From the IMG/VR virus record IMGVR_UViG_3300018005_000013: 64,000 nucleotides of DNA; one strand, written 5' to 3'. A program made the position numbers and the translations under genes. Positions 1 through 9,894 of the stretch are shown here, piece by piece (position 1 is the stretch's first letter; each line of letters begins with the position of its first letter). The notes below the pieces were generated by a model. The model was not told the DNA's origin. It made no database searches and worked only from the letters and a program-made list of their open reading frames with translations. The DNA is from an uncultured virus (IMG/VR IMGVR_UViG_3300018005_000013). Its lineage: Duplodnaviria > Heunggongvirae > Uroviricota > Caudoviricetes.

Positions 1-2874
1 AGCGACGGGGTTCAGGTCCAGCCAGAGCGTGCCCCCGCTCCATGACTCGATCCAGACCGTGATGATGTACCAGCCCGTGATCGGCGGGACGAAGATTCCG
101 CCGTACCCGAGCAGCCACATAGCGGGCTTCTCGTAGAGCAGGACGCCGACGCCCCCGGCGTCGATGGCGGACCACTGGGCGTTCTTGAAGGTGACACCGG
201 GGCCATCATCCAGCGCCGCCCCAGGGAACCAGTCCGCCACGACCTGGGGCGACGTATCCGGCCAAAGGAACGAGGGTAGAGGCGGAATCTCTAGCTTCGG
301 AAGCGCATACTGCTGGTCCGGCGGCACCGGCGGGATCGGCTCAGAGAATCCGGGCTGCCCAGCCGTGACCTCCGCCAGCGTGCCCTTGGTCGTCAGCACC
401 TCCCACTCGGGGGCGTAGGTCCAGGACTGGTCCGTGATGACCATGGGCTTGCGGTTCCACTCCACGCCCCGGTCCGTGTCGTCCTTGAGGACCGTCAGGA
501 GAAGCGCCCGCTGCGGCGCGATGTCGATATAGCGATAGTTCCCCGAAAACTCGACGGCCAGCGCCGGGTAGCGGCTGTTCTTGTGAGCCAGTACATCCCC
601 GACTAGCTCGTCTAGCTGGGCCTGGCCCTGCAGGATGTTGCCCTCGCTCGTTTCGAGCTTGCCGCTGTATGTCGGCGCGTCGCCGGGTGCCTGGGAGAGA
701 TGCTCGGAGTAGGTCCCCGTCTCCGGGCCGCTGTAGGCCACGCCCCCCATCTCGAGGTGCGAGGTGACGTTCAGCGGCGTCTCAGTCAGTTGCAGTGTGT
801 TCAGCCAGTCGCCTTTGAAAATATCGGAGGCGATAGGCAGTGTGCCCGTGGCGTTGTGGATCGCGCCCACGTCGCGCTCCGCCCAGAGCTTGCCCTGCCG
901 GTCCGAGACGAGCGCGCCTTGTAGCCCGGCGGACATGAGGGTGTTGCCCGCATCGTAGAGGCTCTCCCGGCTCGCGTCGAAATACTGGACTGGCCAGTCC
1001 GGCCCGACGAACCCGAAGTCCGTGGTCAGGAGCACGGTCGAGTGCCAGCGGTAGTAGTGGTAAAGGGCTCTCCTTACGTCCATGTCGAGGATTTGGTCCC
1101 AGTCGCTTGGGCTGGCCATGGACTGAACGCTGACAGAGAAGGCCTCGCGGTTCTTCATCATCTCGTGCGGCCCGACCACGTCGAACTCCGTGATGCTCGT
1201 GTGCGCGTTCCAGGTGATGGACCCGGCTTTGACGTAGCCGACGAAGAAGATATTTTCCCGGCCCGGAGCATTGCCGCCAATGGAAATCGGTTTGCCGCCG
1301 TACTCGTCCTCGGACCAGATCACGACCAGCGCGCCGTCCCGGATCGCCTGGCGGTTAGATTCCCCGATGAGGCCTATCTTCGCCTCCCATCCCCCGTTCG
1401 CCCGCGAGCCCGACAGGTCCGAGGAGAAGCTCCACTGCACGAAGGGCGTGTGGATGCCCGCGTTCAGCCGGTCGTAAATGGAAATGTGGCGGTAGGACTG
1501 CTCGTAGACGTTGGTGCCGACGGGATGCACGGTCAGCCGCGTCGTGAAGTGGCCGGTGCCCGTGTAGCTGACGAACCCGGGGATTCGGTCGGTCGAGCCG
1601 GTCGGTGTGCCGCCCTCGAAGGCCCAGTCATATTCAAGGGTGCGCCCAAACAGGTCCTCGGTGTCGCGGGCCGAGTAGTACAGGGTTCCTGTACCGCTGT
1701 CGAGGAAAGCGGCGGCGTGCGTGCCCATGTTGACGAAGGTGCCGAAGGCGCTGTTTTGGCCCATGTACGGGATGTCATAGTCCTTATAAAAGGTCACATT
1801 CATCCCGTTCTGGACGTAGCGTGGGTAGACCGGCCAAATCTCCCAGAAACGCAGGACCGTCAGGTAGAGGTCGTCGGCCCAGGCGATGTGGTTATTCTCC
1901 GCTAGAGACAGGACAGACCCAGAGATTCCGCGGACCCGGACGGTGCCCATGTCGTCCAGCCCTGGGGCTGTCCCGACCGCCAGCGTCATCCCCGACTCCA
2001 CCGAGGTCCCCGCTCCGACGGAGACGTTGTCGAAAGGCACGTCGCGCAGGCCCGCCATGGTCCCGGTCCAGTTCACCTGAGCCCCGAGGGCCGTCGGTGG
2101 CTGGTAGATTGACAAAAAGAGCCTGGACTGGTGCGGGCGCGTCGTTACGATCGCGCGAGCCCCGCCCTCGAGGGCGGGCCGGTCATCGCCCATCCCGACC
2201 GTTCCTAGCGTCACGGAATTGAAAATCCCGTCCAGGCCGCCACCGGACTCGTCCACGGCAGTCGCTCCGAGCAGGTCATTCAGGGGCCAATAGCCGATCA
2301 GGCTGGCCGCTTCGGTCGCCTTGAGCGCGCCCTCGAAGTCGGCGATGATCGTCCCCAGCCCTGCAATCTCCGCGTTCGTCAGCGCCACGCTCCAAAGGGC
2401 GAAATGCTGCAACTGGCCCAGCCAGGCGGCGGACGGACCCGCCAGCGCGCCCAGGTAGGCGGCGTTCAGGGTGCCCGCGCATAGGCCGCCCATGGTCTGC
2501 TCGGCCCCTTGCATCGCGCCGTCGCGCCAGATGCTCACGGTCCCACTAGAGAAGGACCAGCGCAGCACCCAGATCGACCAGCCCGGAATGGAAATCGGGG
2601 TCACGTCGAGGTTGTTCTGGAATCCGCTGCCCTGGTAGACGCCAGAGAACTGGTTGGCCGTGAAGGGCTTGTAGGCCTGGATGTAGTCGCCGCTGTCCAT
2701 GCCGAGATAGAAGCCGATCCGGTTCTGGCCGTCCGTCCAGACGCCCGGGTCGGCGACCTTCTCGGCCAGCAGGGCCGTGCCCTCTCCACCGTTGAACCGA
2801 GCGGCCAGGCCAGGCGAGAATAGGTCAAGGATGGAGGCAGCGCCGTCAAAGAACGGCGCGGTATTGATCGTCAC
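1..2874 (-). CDS. Large tail-tip/baseplate protein with N-terminal LamG/concanavalin-like domain (3' end outside window; absent from ORF track)
   Basis: Hand translation: GTG at 2874 overlaps the upstream TGA; no in-frame stop down to position 1 (at least 958 codons). Begins MTINTAPFFDGAAS and contains LIGYWPLNDLLGATAVDESG. Follows tape measure and Dit-like genes. Confidence 0.8.
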   Translation of the reverse strand, partial: MTINTAPFFDGAASILDLFSPGLAARFNGGEGTALLAEKVADPGVWTDGQNRIGFYLGMDSGDYIQAYKPFTANQFSGVYQGSGFQNNLDVTPISIPGWSIWVLRWSFSSGTVSIWRDGAMQGAEQTMGGLCAGTLNAAYLGALAGPSAAWLGQLQHFALWSVALTNAEIAGLGTIIADFEGALKATEAASLIGYWPLNDLLGATAVDESGGGLDGIFNSVTLGTVGMGDDRPALEGGARAIVTTRPHQSRLFLSIYQPPTALGAQVNWTGTMAGLRDVPFDNVSVGAGTSVESGMTLAVGTAPGLDDMGTVRVRGISGSVLSLAENNHIAWADDLYLTVLRFWEIWPVYPRYVQNGMNVTFYKDYDIPYMGQNSAFGTFVNMGTHAAAFLDSGTGTLYYSARDTEDLFGRTLEYDWAFEGGTPTGSTDRIPGFVSYTGTGHFTTRLTVHPVGTNVYEQSYRHISIYDRLNAGIHTPFVQWSFSSDLSGSRANGGWEAKIGLIGESNRQAIRDGALVVIWSEDEYGGKPISIGGNAPGRENIFFVGYVKAGSITWNAHTSITEFDVVGPHEMMKNREAFSVSVQSMASPSDWDQILDMDVRRALYHYYRWHSTVLLTTDFGFVGPDWPVQYFDASRESLYDAGNTLMSAGLQGALVSDRQGKLWAERDVGAIHNATGTLPIASDIFKGDWLNTLQLTETPLNVTSHLEMGGVAYSGPETGTYSEHLSQAPGDAPTYSGKLETSEGNILQGQAQLDELVGDVLAHKNSRYPALAVEFSGNYRYIDIAPQRALLLTVLKDDTDRGVEWNRKPMVITDQSWTYAPEWEVLTTKGTLAEVTAGQPGFSEPIPPVPPDQQYALPKLEIPPLPSFLWPDTSPQVVADWFPGAALDDGPGVTFKNAQWSAIDAGGVGVLLYEKPAMWLLGYGGIFVPPITGWYIITVWIESWSGGTLWLDLNPVA

Positions 2875-3245
2875 GGGTAAACCCCCATCAGCGGAATCTT
2901 GGAAATGAGGAGAACCACCTTGTTGTAGTAGCCCTCCTCGTAGTGGTCGTACTTAGGCTCCTGCATGACCGCGCCGGAGTAGGTCGCAAAGGCCCAGCCC
3001 CCGGCACCGTAAATGGGCAGGTGCAGGCTGACTGTGCCCGTGCATCCGTACTTCTCGTAGATCGACTGGATGTTTGAAAATCCGGTCCCATCCAGGTAGT
3101 CCCAGTCAAACTCGTACTCGCGGTGCGGCGGAAGGACCGGGTTGCCGAACCCGTCGATGCCCAGTGGCGTGCGTTCCTTCCAGCCGCCCTGGACCGGAGT
3201 GAAAATGTCGATCCCCTGGATTTGGTAGTGGGCTCCGGTCATCAT
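2871..3245 (-). CDS. Distal tail (Dit-like) / minor tail protein
   Basis: 124 aa, directly after tape measure gene; assignment by position only. Confidence 0.55.
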   Translation of the reverse strand: MMTGAHYQIQGIDIFTPVQGGWKERTPLGIDGFGNPVLPPHREYEFDWDYLDGTGFSNIQSIYEKYGCTGTVSLHLPIYGAGGWAFATYSGAVMQEPKYDHYEEGYYNKVVLLISKIPLMGVYP

Positions 3246-6200
3246 TATTTCCTCGCCTTCTGGACCTCGACCATCACGTCGGCAACCCCCTGGAGGGACT
3301 GGTCCACGACCTGGCCCACCAGACCCTCGTCGAGGCCAATCTGGACCGCCACGGACACAGAGGACCGGCCCCCGGCCCCCGGAGCGCCTTGGCCCCCTCG
3401 GCTACCCATGCGCGAGAGCGGGGTGATGTCCACTTGTTCCGGCACCTCCCCGACCCCAATCTTCATGGGCGCGGTGGCAATAAATGACCCGCCCGATTGG
3501 TACCAAGCGGTCGTGTACGGATTCCACTCGCCTTGGCCCTGGCCGACCTGGCTGGACGTGCCCTCGCTGGCCGCACCGGGGATACTCTCGTAGACGCCCT
3601 GGATGATCTTGAGGTACCGCTCCCAGAGGGTCTCCGCCCAGCCGCCGGGTCCGAGCGCGTCCTCTAGCTGCTTGTGGAGGGCGTCCAGTTGGTCGCCGCT
3701 GAGGGTGAGCGCCTGCTTGTTGGTCTTGAACCAGGCGTCCATCTCGTCCTGCTCGGTTTGCTTTAGGTCTGCCAACTGCTTGTCCCGCAACTTGGTCGCC
3801 GCATCTTCTTTCGTCTGCTCGTCCTTCTGTATCAGGGCCAGATCGGTCGCAAGTTGGTTCTGCCGGTCTGTCACGCTTTGGTTATAGGCCTTGAGCGCAT
3901 CCTGCCGCTGCTGGGCGTAAGCCTGTTCTTGCCGGTCGCGGGTGGTCTTGTAGTCTTCCTCGGCCCGCGTCTTGTCGGTGTTGTACTTGTCCTGGATTTG
4001 CCGGATCGAGGCGGCGTCCCGGTTGCGGACTGCTCCCTCGAGGGAGGTCTGGGCGTCCTCCTCCATCCGCTCCATCGTCCGGGCGTGATCCTGGGCGGCC
4101 TGAACCTCCGCGGTGTAGAAGGTCTGGGCCGCCTTCATGGCGTTGTCCTGATAATTCTTTTGCAGGTTCGCCAGGTCCGTGGCTTCCTTGGCTTTCGCGT
4201 CCGACTCGGCCTGGGCGGTGTCCGACTCGATCTGCTTGATCGAGTCCTCGTAGTCCGAGACGATCTTGTCGCTTTCCTTCGCGTGGGCCTCGGTGATCTG
4301 GTTCCACTCGGCGGCGATCTGTGCTCCGACCCCGTTCGTGTGTGCGGCGATGGCCTCGAGGGACTGGGCCGACGTGGTCGCGGTCGCCGTGCTCTGTTCG
4401 CTCGTGCCAACGAGTTCCTTCATGATTGCGCCAAAACTGTTCTCGAAGGCACCGACGAACCCCGGCGCGCTCCACGCCTTGGCAATGTTCTCCGCCCCTT
4501 GCTCCCAGGTCTCCTGCTTGCGCAGGATCATATCGACATTCACGCCGAACGTCATCACCTCGGTGATGAGGGTCAGGAGGCTCCCGACGAGCAGCGCGAC
4601 CCCGGTGTCCACCAGTTTCATCCCCGCCGCCACGCCGTCCAGCATCGTGGTCATCGGGCCGCCCTTGTTTACCAGGGTCCCCCACGGCTCTAGTAGGGCA
4701 CCGACGGCGACACGGGAGTCGTTGGTCTTGTTGGTCATCTCCTCTTGCGCCTTCTCGGCGGGAGTGAGGCTCGCCTCGTAGGCCTTGTAGCGGTCGGTCG
4801 CCGTCTGAACATAGATCGCTTGCGTCGCCAGGCTGGCGTTAGCGGTGTCGAGGGTCTCCCCCTCGTGGATCAGGCCCATCGTGAGGGCCTGGTTGTAAAG
4901 CGTGGCCTCGTCGATCTTGCCCAGGAGCGGTTGCAGCGCGTCCACATTGCCGCTCTTGATCGCGGAGAACAGGGTGTCCATCGCCTGCTTGGCGTCGCCG
5001 CCGGTGGCCTTGGCCAACTTCAGCGATGCCTCTGTGACGGCGTCGATCTGGTCCTTGGTCATGTTCAGGTTGGCACCCTGGAAAAGGGCGGGCGTTTCGA
5101 GTTGGGCAACCTGTGTGGTGGTCGTGCCGGGGACCGCCGAGGCGATGGCCTTGTTCGCGGCCATTCCCTGCGCCGGGGTTCCCATGTTGACGCCCTGCGC
5201 CGCGAGTTGGTTGAGGTTCTGGCTCTCCTGGAAGGTCGCCTTCAGGGAGTCGTCGAAAGCCTTTAGGTCCGCCTGGACCTCTTTGATGACCGCCTGGATC
5301 GCCTTGAAGCCCAGGAGGATCGGGGAGAATCGGCGCAGGAGTTGCGAGATGCCCATGTTAGTGACCCGTTGTATCATCTCGTTGAACCCGCCCGCCGCGT
5401 CGGCCCCCTTATTTAGCTCGTCGCCAACGTCGTGCAACTGGCCCTTGATCTGCTCGGTGCTGGCCCCGAGGTCCAAGCCAGCCTTCGCCGTGCCCTCAAG
5501 CTCCGACTTGAACCTCTCGGTCTCCTTGAAGGGCATGTCCTCCCCGCCGTGCATCTGCTTGTACTTTTCGAGCAGGTCGTCGAGGATGTCGCTGACTTCG
5601 TGCATCACGTCCAGGTACTTGACCGTGCGCTCGCGCAGGTCGTCCTGCATGTCAGCCTTGTCCTCGTCCGACTTGGTCGAGGCCTCAATCTTGGCCGACT
5701 CTTTCTCGTACCCCTCTAGGATTTCGGGGCTGACAGCCAGCCCGGCGGCGTCCGCCTCCTTCTGAAAGGCATCCGTGGCGTCCGCCACGTTCTGTTGCGC
5801 CTCGGTGGTCATCTGGCTGATGCTTGCGCCCGCCCCTTGGGCCGCGGCGTTTAGGTCGTTGGTTGCCTGGGCGAAGGCCAGTTGCTTCTCTTTGCTCGAC
5901 TCCATGCCCTGCGAGGACTGGGCCAGGGCATCCATCTTGTCCTTCGCGGCGGCGAGGGCGGGGGAAACCTGAAGGGCTGCCTGCGCCAGCGCGAGTAGCT
6001 CCTCTTTGCTCTTTCCTGCGCCCATGGCCATCTGGCTCATGTCCTCGGCGGCCTTCTCGAGGGGCACCTGGAACTGAGCAGCCTGCTGGACAACGGCGGC
6101 TCCCTGTTGGAAATCCGCCTGGGTCATCTGTGCCGGTGCGCCTGCCTGGCCCGGCGCACCGCCTGGGGCTACGGCTCCCTGCGCGATCCCGCTCGAGACC

Positions 6201-6340
6201 TTCTTGGCCATGTTCTGGGCGGCGGCGCTCGCTCGCGCCTCGGCGTCGGACATCGTCTTGTCCATAGCCGCGGCGAACTCGCTGGAGTCTAGGCCGAGCT
6301 TGACAGTCAACTCATCAATAGGTTCGGCGGCGTCAGCCAT
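3245..6340 (-). CDS. Tail tape measure protein
   Basis: About 1030 aa, Ala/Gln-rich helical/coiled coil, N-terminal IDELTVKLGLDSS, central hydrophobic segment, C-terminal IGVGEVPEQVDITPL; follows tail chaperones. Confidence 0.9.
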   Translation of the reverse strand: MADAAEPIDELTVKLGLDSSEFAAAMDKTMSDAEARASAAAQNMAKKVSSGIAQGAVAPGGAPGQAGAPAQMTQADFQQGAAVVQQAAQFQVPLEKAAEDMSQMAMGAGKSKEELLALAQAALQVSPALAAAKDKMDALAQSSQGMESSKEKQLAFAQATNDLNAAAQGAGASISQMTTEAQQNVADATDAFQKEADAAGLAVSPEILEGYEKESAKIEASTKSDEDKADMQDDLRERTVKYLDVMHEVSDILDDLLEKYKQMHGGEDMPFKETERFKSELEGTAKAGLDLGASTEQIKGQLHDVGDELNKGADAAGGFNEMIQRVTNMGISQLLRRFSPILLGFKAIQAVIKEVQADLKAFDDSLKATFQESQNLNQLAAQGVNMGTPAQGMAANKAIASAVPGTTTTQVAQLETPALFQGANLNMTKDQIDAVTEASLKLAKATGGDAKQAMDTLFSAIKSGNVDALQPLLGKIDEATLYNQALTMGLIHEGETLDTANASLATQAIYVQTATDRYKAYEASLTPAEKAQEEMTNKTNDSRVAVGALLEPWGTLVNKGGPMTTMLDGVAAGMKLVDTGVALLVGSLLTLITEVMTFGVNVDMILRKQETWEQGAENIAKAWSAPGFVGAFENSFGAIMKELVGTSEQSTATATTSAQSLEAIAAHTNGVGAQIAAEWNQITEAHAKESDKIVSDYEDSIKQIESDTAQAESDAKAKEATDLANLQKNYQDNAMKAAQTFYTAEVQAAQDHARTMERMEEDAQTSLEGAVRNRDAASIRQIQDKYNTDKTRAEEDYKTTRDRQEQAYAQQRQDALKAYNQSVTDRQNQLATDLALIQKDEQTKEDAATKLRDKQLADLKQTEQDEMDAWFKTNKQALTLSGDQLDALHKQLEDALGPGGWAETLWERYLKIIQGVYESIPGAASEGTSSQVGQGQGEWNPYTTAWYQSGGSFIATAPMKIGVGEVPEQVDITPLSRMGSRGGQGAPGAGGRSSVSVAVQIGLDEGLVGQVVDQSLQGVADVMVEVQKARK

Positions 6341-6782
6341 TCGACCACCTTGCACTGGTAATCCCCAGCGCGTGGGCCATCTCGACCAGGTCCGGCAGGC
6401 CGTTCACGGAAAATCCCTCAATCAGCGAGGCGAGTAGGGTCGCCCCGCCGCGGCTGGTGAAGTATGAATGGACGACCGAATAAGGTAGGTGGAAAAGCAG
6501 GGAGGCCAAGCGCAGATTGATTCCCGGGTCGCGCTGGGCGATCTCGGCCATCAGCGTCGAAAGGATGGCGGTCGAGAGCGTGCGCGTCTCCGGTCCACGC
6601 TCGGCAAGGCGCGTGCGGTAGGCGTCCACGACGGCGGGCATCATCGGGCCCAAGAGAACCATGGCCTCGACGGCGTCGTGAATGTTCATGGGCCGGACCT
6701 TCCCGCCCAGCCTCCCTCCGGGAGGCAGGGGGATGCGCTCCGGCTCAGTTTCCGCTTGGGGCTTGCTCCGTGTTTCCGGCAT
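6333..6782 (-). CDS. Putative tail assembly chaperone
   Basis: 149 aa between tail tube and tape measure genes. Confidence 0.5.
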   Translation of the reverse strand: MPETRSKPQAETEPERIPLPPGGRLGGKVRPMNIHDAVEAMVLLGPMMPAVVDAYRTRLAERGPETRTLSTAILSTLMAEIAQRDPGINLRLASLLFHLPYSVVHSYFTSRGGATLLASLIEGFSVNGLPDLVEMAHALGITSARWSNG

Positions 6783-7401
6783 CCGTCACCACCACGCCGA
6801 TGGGGAGCAGGCGCTTGAGCATCCGGGTCTTGATTTCCTTGCCATGGAGTGGCAATTGCATCCAGGCCGGTCGCTCGAGCGGGCGCAGCTTCCCGTGGCC
6901 GTGAGTGTCCCAGTCGTAGGACAGGTCCGAGAGGTTGTGCTGGAACTCGCGGTCAAGCTGCCGGTCCGCGAGCACTTCCTGCAGCAGCCCCAGGGCGTCC
7001 TCGGGCCAGAGGTTGAAAATCTCGTCCGCGGTCCACCCGTAGGCGCTCGCCAACTGGTGTATCCACAGGATTCGCCCTCGTTCGGGGTAGTCCCACGGGA
7101 CGGAACTCTCGCCCTTCTGGAACCTCAGAATGGAAAAACGATCCGGGTCGGGGAGACGGTTGACGGCTCGCACCGCGGAGATGGCCCCCGCGATGTCCTG
7201 CCAGGGAGCCGAGTCGAAAAGCTCCCGGGGTACGGGGATAGTCGAGGCCAGAATGGAAAACAGCGTCTCGCAAACGGCGTCTACCTCCGTGCGCGACGCG
7301 GCTTCCCGCAGTCTCGACTCGGCGCTTTGCAGCGCCAAGTAGCCGCCCAGGCGAGCGCGGGTCAGATCGAACTCGCGCTCGCCGATTCGGACGGTTCTCA
7401 T
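6745..7401 (-). CDS. Putative tail assembly chaperone
   Basis: Start MRTVRIGEREF at 7401; contains HQLASAYGWTADEIFNL resembling chaperone C-terminal extensions; directly after tail tube gene. Confidence 0.55.
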   Translation of the reverse strand: MRTVRIGEREFDLTRARLGGYLALQSAESRLREAASRTEVDAVCETLFSILASTIPVPRELFDSAPWQDIAGAISAVRAVNRLPDPDRFSILRFQKGESSVPWDYPERGRILWIHQLASAYGWTADEIFNLWPEDALGLLQEVLADRQLDREFQHNLSDLSYDWDTHGHGKLRPLERPAWMQLPLHGKEIKTRMLKRLLPIGVVVTDAGNTEQAPSGN

Positions 7402-7409
7402 CGTGCGCT

Positions 7410-8033
7410 TTACGGCACGATGGTGGTGTCGAAGCGGATGACCGTTGCGAACTCCTGCCCCGCGGGCTGGTTCTCGTCCGCCAGTGCCCAGGCGTGGCAG
7501 CCGCTCAGCATCCACTTGTTGCCGGACGGCATCGCAATGGTCCAGGCGTCCACGAACTGCGCCCGGTGAAGCTGAATGACGACGTAATCCGCGGCGACTG
7601 GGTCATAGACCTTCGGCAGGTAAACGTGGTAATACACGTTGTTGTTGATGATGCCGAGGCCCATTTTCTCCCAGAGAGCCGACACCGTGACCGGACTCCC
7701 CTTCATGATCGGGGCGCTGGTCATCAGTGGGAAAAGCGTCGAGAGGGAGAAGGTGAAGGCAAGGTGATCGCGCTTCTGAATGACCGCCTTGTCACCGATC
7801 TTGTCGCATCGGATCGCGTTGACCGTCAGCGTGTCGGCCAGGGAAACGGCCTCGTAGCACGCCAACGAGTGGACCGGGTACGCCGCGCTTCCGCTCAGGC
7901 CCCAGACGAACCCATCGGTGTCCACAAGTTCGGGCGCTTGGTAATCCTGGTAGTAAATCCAGGGCGCGCCCTCGATGTAGATTTCGTCCTGCCCGATGAT
8001 CGTGCCTTGCGGTGTTCCAGTGATGAGAGGCAT
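7410..8033 (-). CDS. Major tail (tube) protein
   Basis: 207 aa beta-rich protein with strong RBS (GGAGGA); position after tail terminator and before chaperones. Confidence 0.7.
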   Translation of the reverse strand: MPLITGTPQGTIIGQDEIYIEGAPWIYYQDYQAPELVDTDGFVWGLSGSAAYPVHSLACYEAVSLADTLTVNAIRCDKIGDKAVIQKRDHLAFTFSLSTLFPLMTSAPIMKGSPVTVSALWEKMGLGIINNNVYYHVYLPKVYDPVAADYVVIQLHRAQFVDAWTIAMPSGNKWMLSGCHAWALADENQPAGQEFATVIRFDTTIVP

Positions 8034-8060
8034 GGACTGTCCTCCTGCTCCGCCGCCTGC

Positions 8061-8465
8061 CTACGCGGGGAATTGGAAATAGGTGCGCTCGGCTCCTCCG
8101 CCGCAGCACCCTCTTTTGCCGGACCTGTTCCAGTTGCGCAGATGCGGCAGGTCCTCGACGCGCACCTGTAGGGTCGCGCCCGGCGGGAAAACGTACTGCT
8201 CGCCCGTCGGCGTGCCGCGCACGATCAGGCGTGCCGGGGTCGCGTTCACGACCGGGACTCGCCCTTTGGCCGAGACCAACTGCTGGGGCCCCGCTGGCGC
8301 TACCGGGTCCGGCTTCACCCCAGCCGCAGGGGTCGCTGCCCTGGGCGGGCCACCGGTCTTCTTGTCAAATGCCGCCTGCGCGGCGGCCTCGCGTGCGCCT
8401 TGCTTGCCCTTGTAAGCCACATGGTCCCGGACAAAGTCGCTTCTGCTGTGGTCGTTGTCGGTCAT
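8061..8465 (-). CDS. Small virion-associated protein with C-terminal GCCGG motif
   Basis: RBS GGAGGAG; shares YVF...V...DLPxL...GCC pattern with 23073..23402. Confidence 0.6.
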   Translation of the reverse strand: MTDNDHSRSDFVRDHVAYKGKQGAREAAAQAAFDKKTGGPPRAATPAAGVKPDPVAPAGPQQLVSAKGRVPVVNATPARLIVRGTPTGEQYVFPPGATLQVRVEDLPHLRNWNRSGKRGCCGGGAERTYFQFPA

Positions 8466-8475
8466 CCTGCTCCTC

Positions 8476-8898
8476 CTACGGGCTGGTCGTCGGGTAGACG
8501 TGCACCTGGAAAAAAGCCTCAGCCCGCCATAGCTTCTCCGTCCAAAGGGCGGCGCTCACAACCGCCGTCCGCATCATGTAGCCTGTCCAGCCGGTCCCCC
8601 GGAAGAAGAAACGATGGTACCGGTTCGCAATGATCCCAGCGATCTCGTCGGCCTCCATGCTCGAGGTCAGTTCCGAGTAGACCCGAATGGAAAAGGTCAA
8701 GGTCATGTGGTCGCAGAGTTCCGGCACCCGGTAGGGAACCTGGCGACCCAGCGCGATGCGGATGGCCGGGTAGGCGAACTGCGTCCCCTGGTACTGGTCC
8801 TCTTTGATCTCGTTCGCGTCCTTCAGTCGGCTCACCAAGGACGAGAAGGCCTTGAGGTCGGCGACGATGTCCGCTTGAATGACCGCGTTAGACAGCAC
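8476..8898 (-). CDS. Tail terminator / tail completion protein (DUF3168-like)
   Basis: 140 aa; YPAIRI and FSIRVYS..A.EIA pattern; position after neck gene. Confidence 0.7.
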   Translation of the reverse strand: MLSNAVIQADIVADLKAFSSLVSRLKDANEIKEDQYQGTQFAYPAIRIALGRQVPYRVPELCDHMTLTFSIRVYSELTSSMEADEIAGIIANRYHRFFFRGTGWTGYMMRTAVVSAALWTEKLWRAEAFFQVHVYPTTSP

Positions 8899-9484
8899 TT
8901 TGCGCCTGCAATCGCAACTGGGCCCAGATCGCGCTCAGGACCAGGCTGCGGAGCTTGGCCTGCCCACCCTCTCGGCTTGGCGTGCCCAGGTCCAGCGAGG
9001 GCCGTAGGAACGGATGCGCCGGGACCCCCGGATGGTGCACGCGAGCGAATAGGAAAGTCTCGCCGTCTGCCGCGTTCGGCAGGAACCCCGCCGGTGCCCC
9101 CGGCCACTTGAAGGCCAGGGCCCGCTTGGCACTCTTGCCCGAAAGGAACCCTGCTTCAATCAGGATCGGGTGCGGGCCACGGGGATCGTGTATCCCCGAG
9201 CCGAACTCCTGCGCCCGGGCGTACTCCACGTTGGTTCCCCACTCGACCACGAATTGAAAATCCGCGACCTCTGCGACCTCGCTCCGATGCACGGACCGGC
9301 TCAGGCGGGTCGTGTCCACCGGTGCCATGCCCCGGGCGATCTGCGCCCCAATGTCCGCCGCCGCCGACAGCCCGATGATGCTGCCCGTCCTCACGGACTG
9401 GATGAAGGCCTCACGGGTCATCCTACGGCTGGCCTTCGGTTCTACGACAGGCACTGGAAATGCCTCACTCGATAATCTCGGCAC
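8888..9484 (-). CDS. HK97 gp10-like neck/tail completion protein
   Basis: Motifs APVDTTRLSRS, TNVEYARAQEFG, HPGVPAHPFLRPSL. Confidence 0.85.
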   Translation of the reverse strand: MPRLSSEAFPVPVVEPKASRRMTREAFIQSVRTGSIIGLSAAADIGAQIARGMAPVDTTRLSRSVHRSEVAEVADFQFVVEWGTNVEYARAQEFGSGIHDPRGPHPILIEAGFLSGKSAKRALAFKWPGAPAGFLPNAADGETFLFARVHHPGVPAHPFLRPSLDLGTPSREGGQAKLRSLVLSAIWAQLRLQAQSAV

Positions 9485-9890
9485 CGGTCTCGCTGCGGGT
9501 GCGCTCGATCCGCCGCACGGCCAACTTCACCAGGCTCCGGCGCTGGAGTGGGTGCGTGGGCGGGTATTGGACCCCGATCACGCGCCACTTGAGCCCGTAG
9601 AACGGATGGCTGATGGGACTCAGGACCTCAACCCGGTCGCCCTCCTCAATAAAGAGCTTCTGGGGCGATGCGCCGTTCATCCTCAGCAAGATGTAGGCGG
9701 TGTTGCCCGTCTCCACGCCTTGCATGAGCATCTGCTCGTTCGGCAGCACGAACTGCATCGCCCCCCACAGAGAGCACTTCGGGAAGGGGTTGGCCGTCCC
9801 AGAGGGCATCGCGCCGCCGACGGCATCGTCGTGCGGATAGGTTATGGTAAAGACCCCGAACAGCGTGTTGAAGGACGCATTTCCGCCCAT
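9465..9890 (-). CDS. Head closure (stopper) protein
   Basis: 141 aa with DAVGG and IEEGDRV motifs; between adaptor and neck genes. Confidence 0.65.
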   Translation of the reverse strand: MGGNASFNTLFGVFTITYPHDDAVGGAMPSGTANPFPKCSLWGAMQFVLPNEQMLMQGVETGNTAYILLRMNGASPQKLFIEEGDRVEVLSPISHPFYGLKWRVIGVQYPPTHPLQRRSLVKLAVRRIERTRSETGAEIIE

Positions 9891-9894
9891 CGGC

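Noticed and set aside
6333..7401. Programmed frameshift in tail assembly chaperones
   Set aside because: No convincing slippery heptamer identified at the junction; both ORFs have their own plausible starts.
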